Assembly (NCBI GenBank): GCA_905235845.1
Contig: CAJONG010000003.1
Location: forward strand, 1 to 61,658
Length of the DNA: 61,658 nt
Origin: an uncultured Lachnospiraceae bacterium
GTDB lineage: Bacteria; Bacillota; Clostridia; Lachnospirales; Lachnospiraceae
Reading direction: 5' to 3'
Below the pieces are notes generated by a model, which did not search any database, was not told the origin of the DNA, and saw only the letters and a program-made list of their open reading frames with translations. The position numbers were made by a program, and so were the translations under genes. Positions 31,104 to 41,180 of this stretch are shown here, piece after piece. Within the stretch, counting starts at the first letter, position 1. Each line of letters opens with the position of its first letter.

Positions 31104-32224
31104 TTATCCGTTATTAACTCAACTGAGTTAGTCTTAAGTATATCTCTTGCTTTCATGCCCATATCAGTCCTTAGCTTCTCATTCAATATGAGCTTTTTAA
31201 GTGCTTCTTCCATGGCTTTTACATCCCCCACAGGCGTAAGAAGTCCGTTGACGCCATCCTCTATGAGGCTCCTAGGTCCTCCGCAGGGGCAGTCTGTAGC
31301 TATCACCGGAAGCCCGAGAGCCATGGCCTCCATAAGGGCATTGGGAAGTCCTTCAGTATCGGATGGAAGGACATATATCATGGCATCCGCTATATCCTCG
31401 GCTACGTGATCGCTGTCACCCGGAAGAAATACTCTTTTTTCAAGTCCAAGCTCTGCTATCCTTGCTTCAAGAGAAGCTCTGTGCGGTCCCTCGCCGTATA
31501 TGACCACCTCTGTATCCGGGTAGTCTGACGCTATCCCGGCAAAAGCGTCTATCAAAAGCCTGTGATTCTTATAATCATACAACCTGCCTGTCGCAACGAT
31601 CTTCTGTGAGTTCGTGGTTCTTATAAAGGCTTTGGTCTGCACATCGTCTGCTATTCTTCCGTCATGCTCGTCATTTACTATATTATCATCATACACTCCG
31701 ATTTCTGCCGCTTTATCCGCAAATTCCCCGAATATCGGATTGGATATGACCGTACATTTATCCTTAAGCCTTCCGGCAAAGAACTCCTTCTGGTATTCGG
31801 TCTGACAGACTATCCTCTCACATCTGCCACAGGCCCACAGCAAAAGTGCTCTCTTCCTGCCCTTACTGTAATCATCATAAGGATTGGATCTTACTGCACC
31901 GATCACCTTATACCCGGTACATATAAGTGCGATCACGGCTCTTATGACACTTGACAGCATGAATACCACGATCTTATCGGGTGCCTCATTCTTCACATGT
32001 CTTCTTATTGCCATAAGCCTTGAACGCGCAGACATCCCGCCGTCCTTATCAATGACTATGCGCTTAAGGCTCCCCGGAAGATCATATTCCGTCTCGTCCA
32101 CCGTATCTGTAAGGATAACAGCCTTATATTCATCACTTTTATCTATCTCATCCGCTATGGTTAAGAGTACTCTCTCCGCTCCACCCTTATTAAGCGAATG
32201 GATATAGAACAATACTTTAGTCAT
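31085..32224 (-). CDS. glycosyltransferase family 4 (PglH/PglJ-like)
   Basis: GGAERVL, TGRLYDYKN, EGLPNALMEAMALGLPVIATDC. Confidence 0.92.
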   Translation of the reverse strand: MTKVLFYIHSLNKGGAERVLLTIADEIDKSDEYKAVILTDTVDETEYDLPGSLKRIVIDKDGGMSARSRLMAIRRHVKNEAPDKIVVFMLSSVIRAVIALICTGYKVIGAVRSNPYDDYSKGRKRALLLWACGRCERIVCQTEYQKEFFAGRLKDKCTVISNPIFGEFADKAAEIGVYDDNIVNDEHDGRIADDVQTKAFIRTTNSQKIVATGRLYDYKNHRLLIDAFAGIASDYPDTEVVIYGEGPHRASLEARIAELGLEKRVFLPGDSDHVAEDIADAMIYVLPSDTEGLPNALMEAMALGLPVIATDCPCGGPRSLIEDGVNGLLTPVGDVKAMEEALKKLILNEKLRTDMGMKARDILKTNSVELITDKWKQIL

Positions 32225-32248
32225 ATGATCCCTGATATACCGCCCGTA

Positions 32249-32430
32249 TCATGCCTTATCAGCCGGAAGACTGATAAGATTCCCAAGATATATCTCATCC
32301 TCTTCTTTATCGAATCTCTCGAAGCCTGAACCATCATAGAAGGTTACCTCACCGAAGTACATCCTGCCGTCTATCTGATACCAGTCGATCCTTGCGTGAT
32401 ACATATCCGATGCAATCACTTCTGACAATA
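32249..32430 (-). pseudogene. C-terminal remnant of TupA-like ATP-grasp amide ligase
   Basis: HARIDWYQIDGRMYFGEVTFYDGSGFERF...LGNLISLP matches the TupA C-terminus; no N-terminal part or plausible start. Confidence 0.75.
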
Positions 32431-34356
32431 TCTTCTGTACCACTGCTCTAAGACAAACACACTCCATAAGAGAGACTTATTCTCTCCCTTTCTCATGAAA
32501 TCCGACATGAGCCTGTTAAGCGGTGCTTTATCAAGGTATCCGTCCCGTACAAGTCTTGAATCCGTCAGTATATCCCATGCCATGTCATGCACCGGACCCT
32601 CCTTAAGCCAGCTTCCGAGAGGAACCGAGAATCCTTTCTTCGGTCTGTCCATAAGTTCCTTCGGTACATATCTGTACAGAAGCTCTTTAAGCACATGCTT
32701 GCTTATGACCGTCCCGTCTGCTGCTCTCCCAAGCTTATATTCCACGGGAAGAGAGAATGCAAGCTTAAGCACATCCTTATCAAGCATCGGCACTCTGTTC
32801 TCAAGTGATACCGCCATCCCGGCTCTGTCAACCTTCACAAGTATATCATCAGGATGATATCTTAAAAGGTCTCTTAGCATCATAACATCCTCTATGTCTG
32901 CCGTACCGCGAATAACCTCATCCTTAAGCAGGTTCATCCTGTCGGGTAAAGTGCTGTTATCGAACCCTTTGCCATTATGTTTTGTACCTTTTTCAGCGAT
33001 CTTATATGACATACCTGTCATATCATAGCATACCGATTCATGTATATCGTCTATGCTCTCACCCATAAGGCAATGTCCTGCACGGTACAATGTATTGTTA
33101 TCACTTTTATATATAAGCCTTCCTGTCGCCCTCCTGCACCATCCCGGCACCCCTAGCAGCTTATTATATAGTCCTGCGCACTTATAGTACGTATTGTATC
33201 CTGCGAAAAGCTCATCTCCCGCATCTCCGGACAGAGCGACGGTTACTTTACTCTTGGCAAGCTTACTGACCAGATAAGTTGGTATCTGTGAGCTGTCAGA
33301 GAAGGGCTCTGTGAATATCTCCGACATCTTGGGTACCACTTCAAGCAGATCTTTTTCGGATATTGTAAGGCACGTATGCTCCGTTCCGAGATGCCCTGCA
33401 ATACGCTTAGCAGCCTCCGACTCATCGTACTTCTTATCCTCAAAACCGATCGTAAAGGTCTTAACGGGCGAATCACTTACAGATTGCATAAGTGATACAC
33501 ATACCGAGCTGTCTATCCCTCCGGAGAGGAACGCACCTATCGGCACATCGGATACAAGCTGGCTTCTAACCGCAGCCTTTAAAACCCTCTCAAGTTCATC
33601 AACAGCATCAGTAAAGTCCCCTTTGAAGCTGCTCTCTTCTTTGCCGTATGAATACTCACTCACAAGATCGTAGTATACTGTAGTTACCGCTTCCGTGTAC
33701 GGTGCATTGAAAGTAGCTATGGTTCCCGGCATAAGCTTATATATATCCTTATATATGGACATCGGCGACGGGATGAATCCATATCTTATATATCTGCTTA
33801 CCGCATCCCTGTCAATGTCGTTATCAAAGCCCGGATATGCACGTACCACATCAAGATCCGAAGCGAAGATAAGATCTCCTTTCACATGTCCGTAATATAA
33901 CGGCTTCTCACCTATCCTGTCTCTTGCAAGGGATATTGAACCGGTCTTAATGTCATATACGGCTATGGCAAACATACCCTTAGTAAGAGTCAGCGCCTTA
34001 TCCATTCCATATGCGGCAATGGCCTCCAAGAGTACCTCCGTATCGGATGTCCCATGCCAGTCGCATACTGTGCCTTCAGCCTCAAGTCCTCTTCGGATGT
34101 CGGATGCATTGTATATCTCACCGTTGTACACCATGACGAATCTGCCATCATGCGACTTCATTGGCTGCGCTCCTCCCGGAGTCAGATCCTGAATGGACAA
34201 TCGCCTGTGACCGAAGACCACACCCCTCTTCTCATCCGTATAGAAGCCGCCTGCATCCGGTCCCCTGTGAAGCATTCTGTCATCCATTCCAAGAATGGCT
34301 GCTTCACGGACTTCTCTATTCATATGTGTACATACAAATCCCGCTATTCCACACAT
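32416..34356 (-). CDS. asnB: asparagine synthase (glutamine-hydrolysing)-like amidotransferase, copy 1
   Basis: MCGIAG, HRGPD, GHRRLSI, FLSGGIDSS, SGDAGDELF, RPKKGF. Confidence 0.93.
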   Translation of the reverse strand: MCGIAGFVCTHMNREVREAAILGMDDRMLHRGPDAGGFYTDEKRGVVFGHRRLSIQDLTPGGAQPMKSHDGRFVMVYNGEIYNASDIRRGLEAEGTVCDWHGTSDTEVLLEAIAAYGMDKALTLTKGMFAIAVYDIKTGSISLARDRIGEKPLYYGHVKGDLIFASDLDVVRAYPGFDNDIDRDAVSRYIRYGFIPSPMSIYKDIYKLMPGTIATFNAPYTEAVTTVYYDLVSEYSYGKEESSFKGDFTDAVDELERVLKAAVRSQLVSDVPIGAFLSGGIDSSVCVSLMQSVSDSPVKTFTIGFEDKKYDESEAAKRIAGHLGTEHTCLTISEKDLLEVVPKMSEIFTEPFSDSSQIPTYLVSKLAKSKVTVALSGDAGDELFAGYNTYYKCAGLYNKLLGVPGWCRRATGRLIYKSDNNTLYRAGHCLMGESIDDIHESVCYDMTGMSYKIAEKGTKHNGKGFDNSTLPDRMNLLKDEVIRGTADIEDVMMLRDLLRYHPDDILVKVDRAGMAVSLENRVPMLDKDVLKLAFSLPVEYKLGRAADGTVISKHVLKELLYRYVPKELMDRPKKGFSVPLGSWLKEGPVHDMAWDILTDSRLVRDGYLDKAPLNRLMSDFMRKGENKSLLWSVFVLEQWYRRYCQK

Positions 34357-34376
34357 ATCACTGAATTCTTACCCGG

Positions 34377-36236
34377 TTATTCTCCGCCCCTATCTGTCTT
34401 AACCATCTTCCCATCTTCAACCTTATATATGATATCGCAGTTCTCTATAGTACGGAGTCTGTGTGCGATTATCACAAGGGTCTTGCTGCCATGCAGCCTG
34501 TCTATTGCTTCCATTATGGCAGTCTCGGTATCGTTATCAAGGGCAGATGTGGCTTCATCGAATACCATAAGCCCCGGATCATGATAAAGCGCTCTGGCTA
34601 TACCTAACCTCTGTCTCTGTCCTCCTGAGATACGCACGCCCCTCTCTCCGATCTCTGCATCAAGCTTATCCGGAAGTTCTTCCACAAATTCCTTCATCTG
34701 TGCCTCTGCGAGAACCTCCCATACCCTTTTATCGTCTATATCTTCATCCTTTACGCCAAAGGCTATATTGTGCCTTATGCTGTCATCAAGCATATAGATG
34801 CTCTGAGGGATATAGCCTATGTGAGAAAGCCACTGTCCGTAATGCTCCATTATATCCACACCGTCACACAGTATCCTACCCGACTGTATCTTAAGAAGTC
34901 CAAGCAGAATATCCACAATGGTACTCTTACCTGCACCGGATGCCCCCACGACCCCGATAGACTTACCTATCGGTATATCCATATCGGCATTATCAAAGAT
35001 CAGCTTATCAGTCCTTGGATATGCGAAGGTAATGCCCTTAAGCTCTATCATACGGTTCATAGTAAGACACTTTTGTGCCGGATAGTCATTATCCTCCCTT
35101 AGTGTAATAACATCAGTCTTATCGTCAGGCCTTAATGCACCCGACTCTTTATCGCTGATATCACTTACCGCTTTAGGTTCAGAGTCGGCGTATTTTACCA
35201 GTACATTCTCTTCACTTAGTCCCTTGGTATCAACATTTTCATAGATATAGTTAAGTGCGGGCTCATAATATGCGATATTAGCCATATATGTATTAAGCCG
35301 ATTGACACTTGGCAGAAGCCTCATGGCAGCTATGGCAAATGCCGACAGAGTTGTCAAAAGTGCGGCTATATCCGTTCCGAAAGCCATGCTGAGCATGACA
35401 TAAGCCAGTATTCCCACGATGGCCACGGTCTCTATTAAGAGTCTTGGAAGATTGGTAAGGACGTTATACTTGATCTGATTGTCCGCATAACCTTCCGCAC
35501 TGTCCGAATACCTGTCCGTGAAGTAATACTCCCTCTTAAGCACCTTCACATCCTTGATCCCCGATGCTGATTGCAGTATCCACTTATACATTCCTGCCTG
35601 AGTTATCCTTGCGCCCTCTCCTGCCATATTAAGATGCTTCTTAATGACCTTGGTATTGTATAGTGTCAACAATCCGAGCAGTCCTGCTACCAGTATCGTC
35701 ATCTTCCAGTCAAGTATCAAAAGGAACATGCCAAGACAGAGTGATACGATGATCTCGGATGCAAAATTCATACACTGCAATAAGAGATTAAAGATATTGT
35801 CCATATCTCCGTATATGGTACGGATTATATCCGATGTCTCCGCATAGAGATAGTATTCGTATGGTCTGTGAAGGAATTGCCAGAGAAGATTGGTAGTACA
35901 TCTGGCACGATTACGATTGGCGAATCTGGCAAGGAGATAGGTCTGGAACACCAGAAAGGCATTCTTGATGACAAAAGCTGCCATTATCACACCCAGCAAG
36001 ATAAAAGTAAAGGTTCTGATATCATCCACTCCAAGTATATCCATCGCATTTATTACAATCACATTAGACGAGAATTTCTCCTCGTCAAGTACTGCACTCA
36101 CAAGCGGCAGTATCAGTGATGCACTTGCAGTCTCCAGCACTCCGCCTATAAGTATCAGAACCATAAGTCCTGCGATCTTTATCTTCTGCCCTCTGTCCAA
36201 TATGGCTGAGAGCTTATGCAACATATCACGCGACAT
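34377..36236 (-). CDS. ABC transporter TMD+NBD (PglK/Wzk-like lipid-linked glycan flippase)
   Basis: N-terminal TMs, PRLLIE, RLLPSVNR, GASGAGKST, ISGGQRQR, VFDEATSALD; lies in the glycan locus. Confidence 0.85.
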   Translation of the reverse strand: MSRDMLHKLSAILDRGQKIKIAGLMVLILIGGVLETASASLILPLVSAVLDEEKFSSNVIVINAMDILGVDDIRTFTFILLGVIMAAFVIKNAFLVFQTYLLARFANRNRARCTTNLLWQFLHRPYEYYLYAETSDIIRTIYGDMDNIFNLLLQCMNFASEIIVSLCLGMFLLILDWKMTILVAGLLGLLTLYNTKVIKKHLNMAGEGARITQAGMYKWILQSASGIKDVKVLKREYYFTDRYSDSAEGYADNQIKYNVLTNLPRLLIETVAIVGILAYVMLSMAFGTDIAALLTTLSAFAIAAMRLLPSVNRLNTYMANIAYYEPALNYIYENVDTKGLSEENVLVKYADSEPKAVSDISDKESGALRPDDKTDVITLREDNDYPAQKCLTMNRMIELKGITFAYPRTDKLIFDNADMDIPIGKSIGVVGASGAGKSTIVDILLGLLKIQSGRILCDGVDIMEHYGQWLSHIGYIPQSIYMLDDSIRHNIAFGVKDEDIDDKRVWEVLAEAQMKEFVEELPDKLDAEIGERGVRISGGQRQRLGIARALYHDPGLMVFDEATSALDNDTETAIMEAIDRLHGSKTLVIIAHRLRTIENCDIIYKVEDGKMVKTDRGGE

Positions 36237-36355
36237 AATAACTCCATCTGTATATCCTGCATGGCATATACAGAGTCCGCTCCATAATAATAACCACTTC
36301 TGCAGGCGCTTTATGTATTATACCATTATGTCAATAAATATGCTATACTTACGGC

Positions 36356-37207
36356 ATGCGATACCTTGTGAGACTGGATGATATAACTCCATATATGAGC
36401 AGGCGTAGATTCGAGGCTGTAAGGGATATTCTTGACAGGTATAAGATCCGTCCCATCATTGGTGTAGTACCCGACTGCCGGGATGAGAATATATATGCTC
36501 CCAAAGGTGAGCGATACAGTGATATTGAGTTTAAGGAACTGCTTGCAGAGCTTACAGCAGAAGGCTGGACAGTTGCCCAGCACGGGACTAATCATGTATA
36601 TTCCACTACAGACGGCGGATTACTTGGCATCAATCCCTTCAGTGAATTCGCCGGACTATCATACGACACCCAGTATACCAAGCTTAAGCAGGGGCAGGCA
36701 GAACTTAGGGGGCTTGGAATAGACACAACTCTCTTCATGGCTCCCGGACATTCCTTCGATATGAATACCCTTAAGGCACTTAAAACCCTTGGCTTTAGTG
36801 CTGTTACGGACGGACTGTATCATAAGCCTTACATAAGAGAGGGACTTCTCTTCATTCCATGCACGCTTACAGCCTATGATAAGATAAAGGATACGGACAC
36901 CATATGCCTGCATCCTAATCTTATGGATGACACAGACTTAAGAGAGCTTGAGAGATTCCTTGAGAGACATGCGGATGAAGCTGCGGACTATGATGAGGAT
37001 GCGTTACGGGCTGAGGCCGTTAAGTATAGCCCCTCTATAGCCCATGCGGAAAGCTATACGCTTAGGAGACGGGAAAGCCGCAACAGGATAGCCTCATCTA
37101 AGAAGCTGTCCAATTTCATGGTATATACCAATCATAAGAATAAGGTGATCAAGTGGATAAAGCGCGTGATATATTCGCCTTTATTGCTGACAAGTAAATT
37201 CCAATAA
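36356..37207 (+). CDS. DUF2334 polysaccharide deacetylase-like protein
   Basis: LVRLDDITP, IGVVPD, AQHGTNH, FMAPGHSFD, CLHP. Confidence 0.8.
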   Translation: MRYLVRLDDITPYMSRRRFEAVRDILDRYKIRPIIGVVPDCRDENIYAPKGERYSDIEFKELLAELTAEGWTVAQHGTNHVYSTTDGGLLGINPFSEFAGLSYDTQYTKLKQGQAELRGLGIDTTLFMAPGHSFDMNTLKALKTLGFSAVTDGLYHKPYIREGLLFIPCTLTAYDKIKDTDTICLHPNLMDDTDLRELERFLERHADEAADYDEDALRAEAVKYSPSIAHAESYTLRRRESRNRIASSKKLSNFMVYTNHKNKVIKWIKRVIYSPLLLTSKFQ

Positions 37208-37225
37208 CCACCATAAGAGGTACAT

Positions 37226-39181
37226 ATGTGCGGAATCAACGGAATAGCCGGATATAACGGCGATCCAATACACGATATAGGTATTATGAACGAGTGCATC
37301 ATAAGGCGCGGTCCCGATGCGGGCGGGCACTTCACGGATGAACGCAGACATGTGGTCATAGGTCACAGACGCCTGTCCATAATAGACCTCTCCGAAGCGG
37401 GTGCCCAGCCGATGGAATCCCATGACGGAAGATATATCATGGCATATAATGGCGAGATATATAATGCACCTGAGATAAGAGAAAAGCTTACATCCTCTGT
37501 GCAGGGCTTAAGCTTTAACGGTACATCCGATACCGAGATACTCCTTGAAGCCATTTCAGTCTGGGGACTTAAGGATACACTTATAAAATGTCGCGGTATG
37601 TGGGGAATATCTCTGTATGACAGAGAGAGTGGCAGTGTTATGTTAACCAGAGACCGTATCGGAGAGAAGCCCCTCTATTATGGCATGGTCAACGGTCAAT
37701 TCGTGTGGTCATCGGATATCAGAGCCATTGCTTCAATAAGCGGCTTTAATAACCCGATCAACAAAAGCATACTTCCCATATATCTCAGGTACGGTTATAT
37801 CCCCGCACCCTATACCATATATAAGAATGTCTACAAGCTTACACCCGGTACTATACTTACCGTGGCTCCACCTTACAGTATTCCTCTTAGCCCGGATGAA
37901 CTGCCTGTCAATGCTGCAGGCTTTGATATCTCGCCCTATTACAGCATATGCGAAGTGGCAAGATGCGGTCAGGCTCACCTTTTTGACGGAAATGAAGAAG
38001 AAGCAGCCGACGAGCTTGAGGCAAGACTTAAGAATACGTTAAAGGGGCAGATGCTATCTGATGTTCCCCTTGGTGCATTCCTGTCAGGCGGTATAGACTC
38101 TACCATGGTAGTCAGCCTCATGCAGCAGATATCCGACAGACCTGTCAGGACATTCACCATAGGCTTTGAAGAAGAAGCGTATAACGAGGCCACCTTCGCA
38201 GAAGCCACAGCTAAGCATCTTGGTACACAGCATACACAGATGTATGTGGGATATAAGGATGTAATGGGGCTCCTTCCTGTGTTAAGTGAAGCCTACGGAG
38301 AACCCTTCGCGGATTTGTCACAGCTTCCCACCATGCTGGTATCAAAGATGACTAAAGAGCATGTGACAGTCGCTCTGTCCGGAGATGCGGGGGATGAATT
38401 CTACTGCGGTTACAATACTTATAAGGATGCCAAGAAGGGACTTGCGATAATACAGGGCAAGCTGGGATTTTTAAAAGGGAATACAAGGCGAAGTGTCGGC
38501 AGACTGGCAAAAGGTCTTGACTTAACTCTTCCTGTTGGCACCGGTTACTTAAGGAACAATATACACACTCTTAATCAGGTGCTTAATACGAAGGATACCG
38601 TGGAGGATTATTACAGGGCCATGAGCGACAGCTCTCTTATATACGGCCTGATACCTGACAAAGCCCTGCTTTCTCATATGCCATCCGTATCGGATGATTC
38701 CTATACCGATGGTCTTCTTCCCGATGGCGAGAGTAATCTTATGCTCATGGATATGCTCCAATATCTTCCGGATGATATACTGACCAAGGTTGACAGAGCA
38801 GGTATGTACTATTCTCTTGAGACCCGAATCCCTCTTTTGGATGCTGATGTTATGGAATTTGCATGGTCCATGCCTCTATCATATAAGATGGATAACGGTA
38901 TCACCAAAAAGCCTTTACGTAATATACTCTACCGCTATGTTCCGAAAGAGCTTATGGACAGACCGAAAAAAGGCTTTTCTGTACCGGTGTCAAGATGGTT
39001 ACGTGAGGGAGAGATGCGTGAGTGGGCAGAAGCAATACTTAAGAACAGCAGAAGCCTGGCATCGGAATATATCAATGTGGCATATTATGATAAGTTATGG
39101 AATAAATATCAGAAAGACGGTAACTGGTCTAAGATACTATGGCATACACTCATACTCTGTGACTGGCTTTTGAAGCAATGA
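37226..39181 (+). CDS. asnB: asparagine synthase-like amidotransferase, copy 2
   Basis: MCGING, RGPD, GHRRLSI, FLSGGIDS, SGDAGDEF, RPKKGF. Confidence 0.93.
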   Translation: MCGINGIAGYNGDPIHDIGIMNECIIRRGPDAGGHFTDERRHVVIGHRRLSIIDLSEAGAQPMESHDGRYIMAYNGEIYNAPEIREKLTSSVQGLSFNGTSDTEILLEAISVWGLKDTLIKCRGMWGISLYDRESGSVMLTRDRIGEKPLYYGMVNGQFVWSSDIRAIASISGFNNPINKSILPIYLRYGYIPAPYTIYKNVYKLTPGTILTVAPPYSIPLSPDELPVNAAGFDISPYYSICEVARCGQAHLFDGNEEEAADELEARLKNTLKGQMLSDVPLGAFLSGGIDSTMVVSLMQQISDRPVRTFTIGFEEEAYNEATFAEATAKHLGTQHTQMYVGYKDVMGLLPVLSEAYGEPFADLSQLPTMLVSKMTKEHVTVALSGDAGDEFYCGYNTYKDAKKGLAIIQGKLGFLKGNTRRSVGRLAKGLDLTLPVGTGYLRNNIHTLNQVLNTKDTVEDYYRAMSDSSLIYGLIPDKALLSHMPSVSDDSYTDGLLPDGESNLMLMDMLQYLPDDILTKVDRAGMYYSLETRIPLLDADVMEFAWSMPLSYKMDNGITKKPLRNILYRYVPKELMDRPKKGFSVPVSRWLREGEMREWAEAILKNSRSLASEYINVAYYDKLWNKYQKDGNWSKILWHTLILCDWLLKQ

Positions 39182-39923
39182 ACTGCCACGCCACCCTTAA
39201 GGTGCGGAGCGCGGTTATAAAAAATGCCGGATGAATATCATTGGCTTTCAGTGCATGTATTGCCTCCTTGATGGAGTTGATATATGCACTTTTTGTTGAA
39301 TTGCTTGTTCCGCCGTAGTACATGGATATAAGCACTTCCGGCACATATCCCAGTTGCCCGCCATTTTTCAATATACGAAGCATATATTCATAGTCTGCGG
39401 AACAGATATAGGACGTATCATACGTACCGTACTTCTCATACACTTCCCTTTTAAGCATAAGAGTGGGATGCGCAGGCATCCAGCCGGAGCCGATATGCCC
39501 CCTTCCCATGTGCCAATACCTTATCACCTTATCTCCTTCGGCATATATAAGGTCGCTGTGAGCACCAAGGACTTCGCCGGCACTGCTTCTCTCCTCCTCT
39601 TCTATGGCCTTCACGAGCTTAGAGATAGCATCAGGCACGGTCAGTCTGTCATTCATGACCTGAATATAGTCTCCTGATGAAAGCGCATACGCATTATTGA
39701 GTCCCTCGTATATACCGCTGTCCTTCTTCGAATCGCAGATCACCTTGTATCTTGACCTGGTGCTGAATTCATCTATGATAGCAAGGGTAGAATCCGATGA
39801 CAGGCTGTCAGCTATGCATATCTCGATATCGGGATAGTCCTGTGCCTCGATGGATTCAAGCGTATTGCCGATATAGGCTTCGCTGTTATATGTAGTTAGT
39901 AGTAAGGATACTTTCTTAGACAT
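39150..39923 (-). CDS. glycosyltransferase family 2 (WcaE-like)
   Basis: TYNSE, DSGIYEGLN, WMPAHPT, SADYE. Confidence 0.88.
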   Translation of the reverse strand: MSKKVSLLLTTYNSEAYIGNTLESIEAQDYPDIEICIADSLSSDSTLAIIDEFSTRSRYKVICDSKKDSGIYEGLNNAYALSSGDYIQVMNDRLTVPDAISKLVKAIEEEERSSAGEVLGAHSDLIYAEGDKVIRYWHMGRGHIGSGWMPAHPTLMLKREVYEKYGTYDTSYICSADYEYMLRILKNGGQLGYVPEVLISMYYGGTSNSTKSAYINSIKEAIHALKANDIHPAFFITALRTLRVAWQFIASKASHRV

Positions 39924-40013
39924 GTTCACTGCAATTGCGTATTGGCATGCTGTTATGATCTGTAATGGTCTGCTGTTATATGCTATCTTCGGATACTTTG
40001 CTCTCCAGATCCC

Positions 40014-41090
40014 TTATCCTTTTTTCAAGGAGAGCATACGTGGGAGTCCGTATGTAAACTCAATTCTATCTATTATATCAAGAATTACCTTGTCTTCCTC
40101 GAAGCTGTACTCAGCCTTCTTCTCTCCCCTAAGTACTGCCAGAAAATCCAGCAGCTCCGTCACATACATATTCTCCACAATGGTGGGATTATAGCCTTCT
40201 CTGTGCTCTACATGTGTATATATGTCCACAGACTTAAGCTTACTCTCAGCCTCGTCATATTCGGCTAACCCCTCAGGAGAACCGTCCCATGTCAGATAGA
40301 ATCCCTCACCTGATATGAGCAGCGATCGCACAGGCGGTCTGGATACCACATCGACCGTGAATACTCCCGTATGCCCCGTCTTATGCTTTATCAATATATT
40401 ATAGCAGTCATTGAAGTCTATATCTAAGGCTGTCTGTCTTGAAGAGATACACTGCACAGACTCTATCTCCCCGAAGGCTTTAACCATCCACGGAAGCTCC
40501 ACAGCCAGTATCTCCCTGCAGCCGTTGGTCCTCTTACTACCTATGAAGAAGTCCTTATAGCTTTCCCACGGATGCCAGTCCGGAAGATACTGTCCGACAT
40601 GGTATGTATAGTTCAGTCGCCTGCATGCTTTACCTTCTCCACAGTCTGACACATCCTTAACTTTATCTGTTATATATCTCATCTCATCCCTGTATATAGG
40701 GGTAGATGAGAGAAAAAGCGTAAGCCCCTTCTCCTTTGCCAAGGCCAGATTATCCTCATATCCGTCCGACACAAGATTAAGCTCCGTGAACACATTAAGC
40801 CCGTATCCCAGACACTCCTTAATTATCAAGGCGTGTGACAAGGGTGATGTGGATATCACGGCGGCGTCTATTCCGACAGATTCTCCCGCTTCCACTGCAG
40901 CTTTGATGCTATCGTATGTCCTGAATGTGAAGCCAAGCTCCTTAGCCTGTTTCTCAGCCTCACATCTTCTGTCACTTCGTCCGTCCGTCCCAACAAGTTC
41001 TATATTCGCTTTTTCCGTAACCGAGATCTCATGCAGCAGGCGCATCCTGCGCTTTCCCATGGAACCCAGTCCGATTATCAGTATACGCAT
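40014..41090 (-). CDS. Gfo/Idh/MocA oxidoreductase
   Basis: IGLGSMGKRR, YHVGQYLPDWHPWE, GCREILAVEL. Confidence 0.85.
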   Translation of the reverse strand: MRILIIGLGSMGKRRMRLLHEISVTEKANIELVGTDGRSDRRCEAEKQAKELGFTFRTYDSIKAAVEAGESVGIDAAVISTSPLSHALIIKECLGYGLNVFTELNLVSDGYEDNLALAKEKGLTLFLSSTPIYRDEMRYITDKVKDVSDCGEGKACRRLNYTYHVGQYLPDWHPWESYKDFFIGSKRTNGCREILAVELPWMVKAFGEIESVQCISSRQTALDIDFNDCYNILIKHKTGHTGVFTVDVVSRPPVRSLLISGEGFYLTWDGSPEGLAEYDEAESKLKSVDIYTHVEHREGYNPTIVENMYVTELLDFLAVLRGEKKAEYSFEEDKVILDIIDRIEFTYGLPRMLSLKKG

Positions 41091-41180
41091 ACTATTTTCC
41101 TTATTGTATTACAGCTTTACATTCTTACTGTATCACTTTATCACTACATTACTATCTGATAGTCGTGCCGTCTTATCCTC

